64,000 nt of DNA from a virus. The position numbers were made by a program, and so were the translations under genes. Of the stretch, positions 18,079-26,772 are shown one piece after another (positions within the stretch are counted from its first letter, which is position 1; every line of letters starts with the position of its first letter). The notes beneath the pieces were generated by a model. That model worked only from the letters and a program-made list of their open reading frames with translations, was not told the DNA's origin and searched no databases. Location of the stretch: IMG/VR virus record IMGVR_UViG_3300045988_121909; one strand, written 5' to 3'.

Positions 18079-18984
18079 TTGACAAATAGCATTGCAAATA
18101 CGAAAACATTTAAATGTGCGTGTGGAAAAGAATTTATAAACGGTCAGCAGTTTAATGGTCATAAGTCTAGATGCAAGATACACCATTTGAATAAATACGG
18201 TAATCTTGATATTTATGATAAAGTGCAATCTGCATTATCCAATGGTATGTCAATAAGTAAAAAACAAAAAGCAAAAGAAAAGCGTCAAACACGCATGCAA
18301 ACATGGGTTGATGAAAAGCATCAATGCGAAAAATGCGGTAAAATAATGGCAGTTTTCTATGGCTCAGGAAGATTCTGCTCGCGTAGTTGCGCTAATAGTA
18401 AACAACATTCTGAAGAAACTAAAACTAAAATAAGTAAAGCTCTAAAACTAGACGTAGAAAAGAAGTTTTGTAAGCAATGCGGCAAAGAATTATGTTCTAG
18501 AAATATAAGTGGTTACTGTAAAGTTTGTCTTAGAACTTGTGATGAATTTCATGAGCAAAGAAAACTAAGCGCTAGAAAAGTTTACGAAAATTCTGTTAAA
18601 AACGGTACATTTAAAGGATGGCAACTAAGAAATGAAACACCGTTTTCTGAAAAATTTTTTATTAACATACTCAATCAGCATAAAATACCGTATACCCATA
18701 ATAAACCCGTAAAGCAATCAAATAATCGCTATTGTTATTTTCTTGATTTTTACATAGAGTTACCTGACATGAAACTCGATTTAGAAATTGATGGCAAGCA
18801 ACACAAATACCCTGAACGAAAAGAAGCAGATAAGCGTAGAACAGCTGAATTAGAAAATTTAGGTTATACAATATATAGAATTGAATGGAATGAAGTAAGA
18901 ACAGAAAAAGGAAAATTACAATTAAATCAGAAAGTAGAAGATTTTTTAAATTTTCTATATAAGAATGGTTTTAAAAAGATATAG
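18079..18984 (+). CDS. homing-endonuclease-like protein (zinc-ribbon repeats plus C-terminal PD-(D/E)XK nuclease), paralog of 21813-22703
   Basis: N-terminal half about 70% identical to the ORF at 21813 (CxCGKEF..QQFNGHKS..GSGRFCSRSCAN). C-terminal DFYIE...LEIDG..H nuclease motif. Apparent TTG start. Confidence 0.6.
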   Translation: MTNSIANTKTFKCACGKEFINGQQFNGHKSRCKIHHLNKYGNLDIYDKVQSALSNGMSISKKQKAKEKRQTRMQTWVDEKHQCEKCGKIMAVFYGSGRFCSRSCANSKQHSEETKTKISKALKLDVEKKFCKQCGKELCSRNISGYCKVCLRTCDEFHEQRKLSARKVYENSVKNGTFKGWQLRNETPFSEKFFINILNQHKIPYTHNKPVKQSNNRYCYFLDFYIELPDMKLDLEIDGKQHKYPERKEADKRRTAELENLGYTIYRIEWNEVRTEKGKLQLNQKVEDFLNFLYKNGFKKI

Positions 18985-19059
18985 GCTATTAGCTCAGGTG
19001 GTTAGAGCATTCGTCTGATACGCGAAAGGTCTTAAGTTCGAATCTTAAATAGCCTACCA
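18983..19059 (+). tRNA. tRNA-Ile(GAT)
   Basis: Acceptor aggctat/atagcct; D-arm tagctcaggtggttagagc; anticodon loop ctGATac; T-arm cttaagttcgaatcttaa; CCA. Confidence 0.8.
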
Positions 19060-19071
19060 ATAAGAGAATTT

Positions 19072-19144
19072 CACTGATTACAGTTTAATTGGGTAAACGT
19101 CTGCAATAGCAGAAGATTGCGGGTTCAAGTCCCGTCTTCAGTGG
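19072..19144 (+). tRNA. irregular tRNA-like element (possible pseudo-tRNA)
   Basis: Recognisable D-arm (gtttaattgggtaaac), T-arm (gcgggttcaagtcccgt) and a 6/7 acceptor pairing. No foldable 5-bp/7-nt anticodon arm and no encoded CCA. Confidence 0.3.
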
Positions 19145-19498
19145 GTGCACAGATTCTCTTTATGGCTACTTAGAGCTCTGAGTAGCCGTCTACGGTCACA
19201 CAGTACAGCCTGCACGCGGCGTGACTGCTACATAACTAATGTACTAAAGAATGGACATTATGAAAAGGGTAAGTCAGTGAGTAGCCATGTCGGCGCAATA
19301 GCTGAGATAATCTTACTTGGTAGTGAAGTTAGTTTTAATCTAACGTATAACTTTTCATAATAATGAGTAGCTCAATTTTCTACCGCCAGTAATGAGGAAA
19401 TACGAGAGTGAAAGTCAAACTTATGTAGCCGATATTCGTATTAGTCGGTAAAGCTCTAAAGCTAGCTAGACAGAGCCTACATAAGTCAGTCCATATAT

Positions 19499-19574
19499 GC
19501 TGGTATAGCTCAATTGGTAGAGTACTTGTTTTGTAATCAAGGTGTTGGGGGTTCAAATCCCTCTATCAGCTCCA
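19499..19574 (+). tRNA. tRNA-Thr(TGT), second copy with a different body
   Basis: Acceptor gctggta/tatcagc; anticodon loop ttTGTaa with U-U at 31-39; T-arm gggggttcaaatccctc; CCA. Confidence 0.65.
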
Positions 19575-19575
19575 G

Positions 19576-19602
19576 TTTATGCAACGTATGTTGCATTTTT
19601 TT
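19576..19602 (+). terminator. rho-independent terminator
   Basis: Hairpin atgcaac-gtat-gttgcat followed by a T9 run. Confidence 0.65.
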
Positions 19603-19664
19603 TTATGTTAGTTTACAAGTTGATAAAAATAGTTTATTATATCTATAGAGGAGATTAAAAAACT

Positions 19665-20291
19665 ATGAGTACATTAACTACATTAATTAATTTTGTATCA
19701 ATATTGATAATTATATACAATACGCTTGATGCTTTATTATTTAGCAGAGCAAGACTTAATAAGCAGCTTAGTACTCTTGCTGAAGAAAAGCATAAATCAT
19801 CGTTTGCAATGATTGTATCGCTTGCGATTATATTAGTGGTAAATACATATTTCGTGATTACCACTGATACATCTCAATATTTGTTTGCAGGCGAAGTATT
19901 TCTTGTTTTTATAATGTTTATGAATTATATTTCATTCATTACAAAAGAAGAGTGTTGTACAGTAGTTATTGAAGATACTGTACGAAATACAATTAATATT
20001 GTGCGTATGGAAAATATTAAGCTATGTAAAAAGTATTCAGACGTACTACCTGCTGAATTAGTTAATGATGTTTTAAACTATAATGGCGAAATTAATTTTA
20101 ATTATGCAGGTTATCGAGAAGATTTTTGCAAAGAGATTGTTAAACCGTACTATGAAAAATTATTAATAAGAGAAACATTTAATACAGATGAAGAAATAGA
20201 ATCGTTTGAAATGAATGTACTCTTAAAAGAATTAATACGGTTTTACGCTAATATGCGTGAATTCGTAAACGAGCATGAGTGTATAAGATAA
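19665..20291 (+). CDS. membrane protein (208 aa)
   Basis: Two N-terminal TM helices; soluble C-terminal domain. Confidence 0.5.
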   Translation: MSTLTTLINFVSILIIIYNTLDALLFSRARLNKQLSTLAEEKHKSSFAMIVSLAIILVVNTYFVITTDTSQYLFAGEVFLVFIMFMNYISFITKEECCTVVIEDTVRNTINIVRMENIKLCKKYSDVLPAELVNDVLNYNGEINFNYAGYREDFCKEIVKPYYEKLLIRETFNTDEEIESFEMNVLLKELIRFYANMREFVNEHECIR

Positions 20292-20301
20292 AGGAGAGAC
20301 T

Positions 20302-20967
20302 ATGATATTAGTAGAGTATTTAATATTCAGTTTATATTTATTTTTTCAATTTATTATGTTTTTAGTATTTAATGACATCGCTAAGATAGATTTTAAAGTC
20401 GATACGTCTTCAAACGATATTACAGTCGCATTTCTTAAATGGGTATTAAGCTTTTGGTTTACGGTTAATTCTGTAGCTATGGTTGCAGCAATGTTAAATG
20501 TTTTATTTGTAAAAAGTTTCTCTATTATCTTTGGCATTATGATTATTTTAGTTGCAGTAATACATATACTCTTATGTACATATATGAAAAAGAGTGTAAA
20601 AGAACTAAAAATAAAAGAAGTATTAACTGCTTGTTCAGACAGAGACTACGATGTAAACGCGATAGAAAGTTACATTCACTCTTATAACATAGATAAGATA
20701 TATAAAGAGCTTATCCTACCTCTTCATAATTTAATCATAGCAAGAGATAGCTTTAAAACAGTTGAAGCGCAAGAAAAGTATGATGAAGTAGTACTAAACG
20801 AAGAAATAGAAATATTTATGAAGAATCTAGAGTATGTAATTAATGAAGAAAAAGAAAATCGTGAGAAAGCAAGACAGCAAAAAGAAAACATAGCAAAAAT
20901 ATCTGATGAAAAGATACTAGACAATATAAAGAAAAACTACAAAGGGTTAGAAAAATACTACGAGTAG
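20302..20967 (+). CDS. membrane protein (221 aa)
   Basis: Three or four N-terminal TM helices; Lys/Glu-rich C-terminus. Confidence 0.5.
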   Translation: MILVEYLIFSLYLFFQFIMFLVFNDIAKIDFKVDTSSNDITVAFLKWVLSFWFTVNSVAMVAAMLNVLFVKSFSIIFGIMIILVAVIHILLCTYMKKSVKELKIKEVLTACSDRDYDVNAIESYIHSYNIDKIYKELILPLHNLIIARDSFKTVEAQEKYDEVVLNEEIEIFMKNLEYVINEEKENREKARQQKENIAKISDEKILDNIKKNYKGLEKYYE

Positions 20968-20996
20968 TTTACGTATCAAGCCATTTGTGATATAAT
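20967..20996 (+). promoter_or_regulatory. promoter GTTTACG-N17-TATAAT positioned to transcribe solo omega-RNA-like copy 3
   Basis: gtttacgtatcaagccatttgtgatataat, ending 7 nt before the conserved aatgcggttgacgac. Confidence 0.5.
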
Positions 20997-21003
20997 AATA
21001 TTA

Positions 21004-21121
21004 AATGCGGTTGACGACCGTATTCTCGCTTGGTAAATTTGCTCTAGAGGGTAGTTAGTTTTAAAGCTAACGAGAGTGACCTAAGCTTACCCAGGAATGC
21101 GCTTGAGCGCAACGTCATAAT
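21004..21121 (+). ncRNA. solo omega-RNA-like / TnpB right-end element, copy 3
   Basis: Conserved with copies 1 and 2. Followed about 15 nt later by a hairpin (aaagagaat..attctcttt) and a T-run. Confidence 0.5.
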
Positions 21122-21161
21122 ATTATTTATTAAAGAGAATTTACCTATTCTCTTTTCATTT

Positions 21162-21239
21162 GCAGAAGTAGTTCATATTGGTTAGAACGTTACCTTGCCA
21201 AGGTAAAGGCTGCGAGTTCAATTCTCGTCTTCTGCTCCA
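21162..21239 (+). tRNA. tRNA-Gly(GCC)
   Basis: Acceptor gcagaag/cttctgc; anticodon arm ttacc ttGCCaa ggtaa; CCA. Confidence 0.8.
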
Positions 21240-21242
21240 TAC

Positions 21243-21319
21243 GGGCTCATAGCTCAGCTGGATAGAGCAATAACCTTCTAAGTTATTTGTCCAAGGTTCG
21301 ACTCCTTGTGAGCTCGCCA
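21243..21319 (+). tRNA. tRNA-Arg(TCT)
   Basis: Anticodon arm ataac ctTCTaa gttat; T-arm caaggttcgactccttg; CCA. Confidence 0.8.
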
Positions 21320-21323
21320 ATAT

Positions 21324-21408
21324 AGCGGGGTGATGAAATTGGTAGACATACAGGAATTTGACTCCTGCGCCTTAAAGCTTGTGGGTTCAAGTCCCACCCC
21401 CGCTGCCA
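21324..21408 (+). tRNA. type II tRNA (long variable arm) with apparent anticodon TTG
   Basis: Acceptor agcgggg/ccccgct; anticodon arm cagga atTTGac tcctg; 14-nt variable arm; T-arm gtgggttcaagtcccac; CCA. The isotype is ambiguous, because the Gln anticodon sits on a Leu/Ser-type body. Confidence 0.5.
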
Positions 21409-21415
21409 GATACAT

Positions 21416-21495
21416 TGCGGAGTGGAGAAGTGGTTATCTCGTCAGGCCCATAACCTGAAGGTTTATCGTCGGTTCGAATCCGACCTCCGCAACCA
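21416..21495 (+). tRNA. tRNA(CAT) number 1 (Met, or Ile2 if lysidinylated)
   Basis: Acceptor tgcggag/ctccgca; anticodon arm tcagg ccCATaa cctga; 9-nt variable loop; T-arm gtcggttcgaatccgac; CCA. Confidence 0.65.
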
Positions 21496-21504
21496 ATACT
21501 TTTT

Positions 21505-21581
21505 GCGTCACTAGCTCAATTGGATAGAGTGCCTAACTACGAATTAGTAGGATGAGGGTTCAAGTCCTTCGTGACGCGCCA
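21505..21581 (+). tRNA. tRNA-Arg(ACG)
   Basis: Acceptor gcgtcac/gtgacgc; anticodon loop ctACGaa; T-arm gagggttcaagtccttc; CCA. Confidence 0.75.
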
Positions 21582-21596
21582 GATACGGGAAGATAC

Positions 21597-21676
21597 TCAA
21601 GTTTGGTGAAGAGGGCAGTTTGCTACACTGCTAGGATGTAACAGTCGCGTGAGTTCGAGTCTCACTCTTCCCGCCA
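21597..21676 (+). tRNA. tRNA-Ser(GCT), type II
   Basis: Acceptor gggaaga/tcttccc; anticodon arm gcagt ttGCTac actgc; long variable arm; T-arm gtgagttcgagtctcac; CCA. Confidence 0.75.
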
Positions 21677-21679
21677 TTT

Positions 21680-21756
21680 GTACCATTAGCTCAGTAGGTT
21701 AGAGCAGGCGGCTCATAACCGCAAGGTCCTTTGTTCAAATCAAAGATGGTGCACCA
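21680..21756 (+). tRNA. tRNA(CAT) number 2
   Basis: Acceptor gtaccat/atggtgc; anticodon loop ctCATaa; T-arm ctttgttcaaatcaaag; CCA. Confidence 0.65.
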
Positions 21757-21812
21757 AGAGTAGTAGTCGTGCTTACGGCTACTATTTTTTTTATTAAAGG
21801 AGATTTAGTTTA

Positions 21813-22703
21813 ATGGAAATGTATAAATGCGTATGTGGCAGAGAATTTATGAACGCGCAACAATTCAACGGTCATAAATCGCATTGTAAAACATATCAGT
21901 TAGATAAGTATGGTAATCTAGATGTTTATAATAAAGTAAAATCTGCGTTTTCTAGTGGCGCATCGATAAGTAGAAAACGTCAATCAGAAAAAGCAAAAGA
22001 AAAACGTAAGACACTTGCGCAGAAATGGATTGATGAGAAGCATCGGTGTGAAAAGTGCGGTAGAGTTATGACAGTTTTCTACGGTTCAGGAAGATTTTGT
22101 TCGCGTAGTTGTGCTAATACTCGCCAGCATTCTGAAGAAACTAAAGCTAAAATTGGTAAAGGCAGTTACAGAGCGCATAAACGTGGTGTATATAAAAGGA
22201 TAATTAAACGTGATATCTCTAAGAGTATTATTTCATATGAACGTGACCCTAATAAATGTACTCAATGTGGTAAAATTTTACCTTATAATATGCGCTTTAA
22301 GAAAACTTGTTCAGAAGAGTGCTTACACAATCTTAGAAGTGAGTTAGGTAAAAAGCTTGTAAAATTACAGAATCTAAGAAGTAAGAATGAGATTGCTTTT
22401 TGTGAATTATGCGAGCAGTATTTTGGAAAAGAGAATGTTTTACATAATGCAGTTATGTTCAATGGCTGGGATGCAGATATAATAATTCCTGATTTAAAGG
22501 TAGCGATTTTATGGAATGGTCCTTGGCATTATATTGAAATATCTAAGACGCAGAAACTAAAGCAAGTTCAGAATAGAGATAGAATAAAGCTAAGAGAAAT
22601 AATTAACTGCGGATATAGACCGTACATTATAGAAGATGTAAAGCGTGAGAAAGATAAAGTAGAAAAAGAGTTTGAAAGATTTAAAAAGAGATATTGCTTT
22701 TAA
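21813..22703 (+). CDS. homing-endonuclease-like protein (zinc-ribbon repeats plus C-terminal PD-(D/E)XK nuclease), paralog of 18079-18984
   Basis: YKCVCGREF..QQFNGHKS..GSGRFCSRSCAN; a second copy of the FCSxxC module. C-terminal DADIIIPD...nuclease-like region. Confidence 0.6.
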   Translation: MEMYKCVCGREFMNAQQFNGHKSHCKTYQLDKYGNLDVYNKVKSAFSSGASISRKRQSEKAKEKRKTLAQKWIDEKHRCEKCGRVMTVFYGSGRFCSRSCANTRQHSEETKAKIGKGSYRAHKRGVYKRIIKRDISKSIISYERDPNKCTQCGKILPYNMRFKKTCSEECLHNLRSELGKKLVKLQNLRSKNEIAFCELCEQYFGKENVLHNAVMFNGWDADIIIPDLKVAILWNGPWHYIEISKTQKLKQVQNRDRIKLREIINCGYRPYIIEDVKREKDKVEKEFERFKKRYCF

Positions 22704-22708
22704 TTGTT

Positions 22709-22738
22709 GTTTACATTGTCGTACACGTATGTTATAAT
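22709..22738 (+). promoter_or_regulatory. promoter GTTTACA-N17-TATAAT
   Basis: gtttacattgtcgtacacgtatgttataat. Confidence 0.55.
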
Positions 22739-22770
22739 TAATCTACTATTCAAAAAGGAGATTTTACATA

Positions 22771-22970
22771 TGAACATTAAGATTTGTGATATTATCAGTA
22801 AAATATTGATTGTAGTTGGAGTTATTACTCTAACCGGTATAGTTAATGAAGTTGAGCAGGTTGCCCCTTCTTTTATGAAGATTTTTGTTAATCTCTTTGT
22901 ATCTAGCACTGCTATATTCTGCGGTACTAAGATTTGCGGAAGAGCTAAAGAAGTTAGAGAAGATAACTAG
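22771..22970 (+). CDS. small membrane protein (66 aa)
   Basis: ATG after aaaggagat; hydrophobic core ILIVVGVITLTGIV. Confidence 0.45.
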
Positions 22971-23088
22971 TTTAATCTCTCTTACATTTTTACTTTTAGC
23001 TAATAATATTTACGTCAAGAGCACTAGAGTCTCTCAGAAGTTAATCTCGTACGCCTGAGATATATCTGAGAGCCATACGGAGGTATAA

Positions 23089-24840
23089 ATGGATATAAGA
23101 ACACAAATGAAGTTGTTTAACGCTGTTATTGTAGATAATAAGACTAGTGAGTTCTACCCAGAGCTTTTGAAAGATTATTCTATTGTCGTGCCTAAGTCAA
23201 TAGATTTCTGTATAGCTGCAGAACTTGCAAAGAAATATGGCACACCAGCTGCTGCACTTACTGCTACTTTTTATGATAGCAAGGAATTTGTTGAATCACT
23301 AGATGAAGTAACAGCGAAGGTATTGCAGATTATACACTATCTATCAACATACGGTGGTATTGAAGAGTTGCGTAATGATGGCAACGTTTTCTCTATGAAC
23401 AATGGAGAAATAGAAGGTATAGTTAAGGCAAAGATTAACTTTATTAACACTATTACTCTTGACGAAGCGATTGAGAAGATTAAGACGCTAGTACAGACAA
23501 ACATTGCTCTTGACTCTGACGATGTATTGAGTATTTATGAGTTTATTGAAGCAAATGGCATTGTGCTCGAAAACATCAACAACAGAGAGCTTGAAATAAT
23601 GTATATCGCTAATATCGGTGCTGATGCTGTAGGTCTTGATACTCTTATGCGTGTGATTAATTATACTGTTACAGGTAATACTCTTTTTGTTAATCGTAAT
23701 CTTGTAAGAGAGCTTGACAAGAAGCATTATCTTATGAATGCTTATGTTATAAATCAGCTTTTGTATAGAGAGTTAACAACTAACTTCGAAAATACTGTAA
23801 GAGACGCTAATAGATACAGAGATATTCTTATGCTTTGCAAGAGACATTGTAGCAAAGAAACAATTACTCTTATAAATAGAGCCCTTAGACAGAGTAAGAC
23901 AAAGGCTGTTCCAAAGAAGTTCACTAAGATTGAGAGATTTTTTGAGCTATCAGAAAAAGAGCAGCTGGATATGGTTGATAATATCAACGTAGTTAAGGCT
24001 ACTCAGATTCTCAATGCAAATAAGCAGAGAACAAATGACGATTTTACTATTTATACTATTAGAAATGGCAAGAAGTTTATAACTGACAAGGTAAGCCCTA
24101 AGAGACTAACAGGAAAAGTAGTAAACGCTCTTGAAGATGTTATTCGTAAGCATATTCAGTCTTTGAATATCAAGTTACCTGAGAATGTAGATACCGCTAT
24201 GCCTACATCTTTGAAGCGTATGCTTGGTCATTTACCTGCTTGTACAAAGATTACTCTACCTAGAAAGAGCTACAGCGTTGGTGTCTACTGGGATACGAAG
24301 CACGTCGATATAGACTTGCACGCAAAGACGCGTTCTTGCCATGTTGGTTGGAATGGTTATACTCATCAATACGGCTTAGCATACTCTGGTGATATGACTA
24401 ACACTGATGAAAACGGTTATGCTGCTGAGTATATCTCAATAGACGAATCAGTAAGAGATTACATTTTATTCGATGTTAGAATGTACTACAATGGCGGTTG
24501 TGCAGAAGATATGAAGTTGATGGTTTCAGATATATCTAAGAATGTCGATTACTTTGCTAATAACGTAATATATGATATGCTAGTCGACGTAAATACGTCT
24601 CGTAACATCTGTAACGTGCTAGTAGACACTTATTCATCTGAAGATGAAATATACATTTATCTACTATCAGGCGTTACGACATCTGATATTGTATCTTGCG
24701 ATGTATGTGAAGATATACAAGACATTGATATTTATAAGAGCGTAGTAAGAAATCAGACATATATCAAGCAGTTCACTGACGACAGCGTTGAAGAAGTTAT
24801 TGATTTAGATAATTTTGATTGTGGCTGTCTGCTTAAGTGA
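23089..24840 (+). CDS. hypothetical protein (583 aa)
   Basis: Long ORF with RBS (acggaggt); no recognisable motif. Confidence 0.55.
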   Translation: MDIRTQMKLFNAVIVDNKTSEFYPELLKDYSIVVPKSIDFCIAAELAKKYGTPAAALTATFYDSKEFVESLDEVTAKVLQIIHYLSTYGGIEELRNDGNVFSMNNGEIEGIVKAKINFINTITLDEAIEKIKTLVQTNIALDSDDVLSIYEFIEANGIVLENINNRELEIMYIANIGADAVGLDTLMRVINYTVTGNTLFVNRNLVRELDKKHYLMNAYVINQLLYRELTTNFENTVRDANRYRDILMLCKRHCSKETITLINRALRQSKTKAVPKKFTKIERFFELSEKEQLDMVDNINVVKATQILNANKQRTNDDFTIYTIRNGKKFITDKVSPKRLTGKVVNALEDVIRKHIQSLNIKLPENVDTAMPTSLKRMLGHLPACTKITLPRKSYSVGVYWDTKHVDIDLHAKTRSCHVGWNGYTHQYGLAYSGDMTNTDENGYAAEYISIDESVRDYILFDVRMYYNGGCAEDMKLMVSDISKNVDYFANNVIYDMLVDVNTSRNICNVLVDTYSSEDEIYIYLLSGVTTSDIVSCDVCEDIQDIDIYKSVVRNQTYIKQFTDDSVEEVIDLDNFDCGCLLK

Positions 24841-24899
24841 TTTATATGCTGTAGTATTTTACTACAGCATTTTCGTCTTTATGTTTAGAGGTATTATGT

Positions 24900-25769
24900 A
24901 TGTTAAAACGTTTCAAGTTTATGAGAAAACTAAAGCGCACTGACAAGCTAATCAGAGAAAATGCAGAAGAGTTTGCACGTATACTAAGTAAAAAGAATCA
25001 TTATTTAACTTTTGATGATTCTGTACTTGAGTTTGAATATAAAGGCAGTACACGAATCAGTCGTGCGACTTATGCGAAAGAGTTTTATTTGACGATTGAT
25101 AAGTCTACTGACGAGATTTACTTTACGCAGAATGATGTTACAGATGAAAGTAAAATCAGTATTATATACGGAGTTGTATTCAATCATACGTTTGCAAAAA
25201 GTTTAGAGCAGAAAGTATGTGATTTAAGCAATTATATTCTTGACGTCTGGACTGTAGAGCTATTGAAGTATATTGATGAAACTCGCATTTGTGTATATGA
25301 CAATAGACTTGAATATCACGAAAAACCGTTATTCTATGATTTTGTTCGCAAGCTCAATGAAATGGAAAGCTTAAACAGAAAAAGAATTGATGCTATTGTT
25401 GAGCGTTTAAAGAGAATAACAGCGAATGACACGAGATTCTATTTAGACACTACTGAGCATAAATGCTCATTTACTGAATACGTAGTCAGATTTAGTTCAG
25501 GACTAACTGATATTATCATTCCGTGCTATTTGACTTATTTCGCAAATAGTGATGAGTTTATGTTTACTCCGTTTGACTGTACAGATGGCGAAAATGTTAG
25601 TATATTCTATAATGTTTCATTTGGAGCAAACGCTAGCGTATTCAATAGAAACTACGAAATTATAGAAGATTGTTTAAAGCATATAGTGCCAGAAACTCAC
25701 GCTGCACTGCAAAACAAACTCGGTCAAGAGTTTTACATAGAAGATGTATATATTTCAAAGTGGAGATAA
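24900..25769 (+). CDS. hypothetical protein (289 aa)
   Basis: Long ORF after a hairpin terminator at 24845-24875. Confidence 0.5.
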   Translation: MLKRFKFMRKLKRTDKLIRENAEEFARILSKKNHYLTFDDSVLEFEYKGSTRISRATYAKEFYLTIDKSTDEIYFTQNDVTDESKISIIYGVVFNHTFAKSLEQKVCDLSNYILDVWTVELLKYIDETRICVYDNRLEYHEKPLFYDFVRKLNEMESLNRKRIDAIVERLKRITANDTRFYLDTTEHKCSFTEYVVRFSSGLTDIIIPCYLTYFANSDEFMFTPFDCTDGENVSIFYNVSFGANASVFNRNYEIIEDCLKHIVPETHAALQNKLGQEFYIEDVYISKWR

Positions 25770-25779
25770 GGAGATTAAG

Positions 25780-26718
25780 ATGTTAAAATACCCATCACTT
25801 GAAAATCATTATAATATTACAAGCTCAAGAAAACTCATGGCTGTTCTTGACGAAGAGTTTTATGCTACTGAGAAGATTCACGGTAGTAATATGTCGATAG
25901 AGTTTACTAAAGACTCTACTAGATATTTTAGTAGAAATAGAGAAGTAACGCTTAATGATAAAGCTCTTGGTAGTTATCTTGCAACTACTAACAACCTTAA
26001 ATATATTGAGAATATTGCAAAATCAATTCTTGAAGGTTCAGTAAATCTAAGTAAAAAAGAAAATGATATAACTAAAGTAATCATCTTTGGTGAGTTATAT
26101 GGCAGTGGTATTCAGAATATGGAATACGCTGAAAATAAAGCAGGCATAAAACAATTCAGAGTATTTGATGTTTTTGTATTTGAAGATAACAGAGCTTATA
26201 CTCTAAGCGCTGAAGAGCTACTTCACATTTTTGGTCAGTTAACCGTACCATTCTTTACAGAAGTTAAACCTCTTAGAGAGTGGCTTACAACTGAATTGCC
26301 TGAGATATCAACACTTGGTGGTCCTATTGAGGGTCTAGTATATAAACCTTTTGATGGGCAAATACTAGCTTTTGATAATGGCTCAGTGTGCAATTACCTA
26401 GGAGTAAAACATAAGACAGAGCAGTTTGCTGAGATTAAGAGTAGAAAGAAAGAAGCACCTGTACAAACTGACGGTGAGATTAACTTTAAAGATAATATTG
26501 AGAGATATTTCACGATGCAGAGGCTAGATAATCTACTCTCTAAAGGAGATATCGAGTTATCAGTAAGAAATCTTGGCACTATTATTCCTGCATACTTAGA
26601 AGACGTAAAGACTGATTACATTAAAGATAACCCTGATTCATATTTTAATCAGAGAATTCTTAATAAAGCAATGCCAAGTCTAGTAGTAAAGCTTGTAAAA
26701 GAAAAACTTGCTCAATAG
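25780..26718 (+). CDS. RNA ligase 2 (T4 Rnl2-like)
   Basis: N-terminus MLKYPSLENHYNI...EKIHGSNMS matches the T4 Rnl2 KYSSLENHYN...EKIHGTNFS region, including the adenylylation lysine (KxHG). Confidence 0.8.
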   Translation: MLKYPSLENHYNITSSRKLMAVLDEEFYATEKIHGSNMSIEFTKDSTRYFSRNREVTLNDKALGSYLATTNNLKYIENIAKSILEGSVNLSKKENDITKVIIFGELYGSGIQNMEYAENKAGIKQFRVFDVFVFEDNRAYTLSAEELLHIFGQLTVPFFTEVKPLREWLTTELPEISTLGGPIEGLVYKPFDGQILAFDNGSVCNYLGVKHKTEQFAEIKSRKKEAPVQTDGEINFKDNIERYFTMQRLDNLLSKGDIELSVRNLGTIIPAYLEDVKTDYIKDNPDSYFNQRILNKAMPSLVVKLVKEKLAQ

Positions 26719-26772
26719 TTTACTTTTGTATCATATTATGTTAAAATCTTCTTATTAAAGGAGATTTGACGT

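Noticed and set aside
19145-19360. 71-aa ORF in a GC-rich spacer
   Set aside because: No RBS, atypical composition, adjacent to tRNA-like sequence. More likely non-coding.
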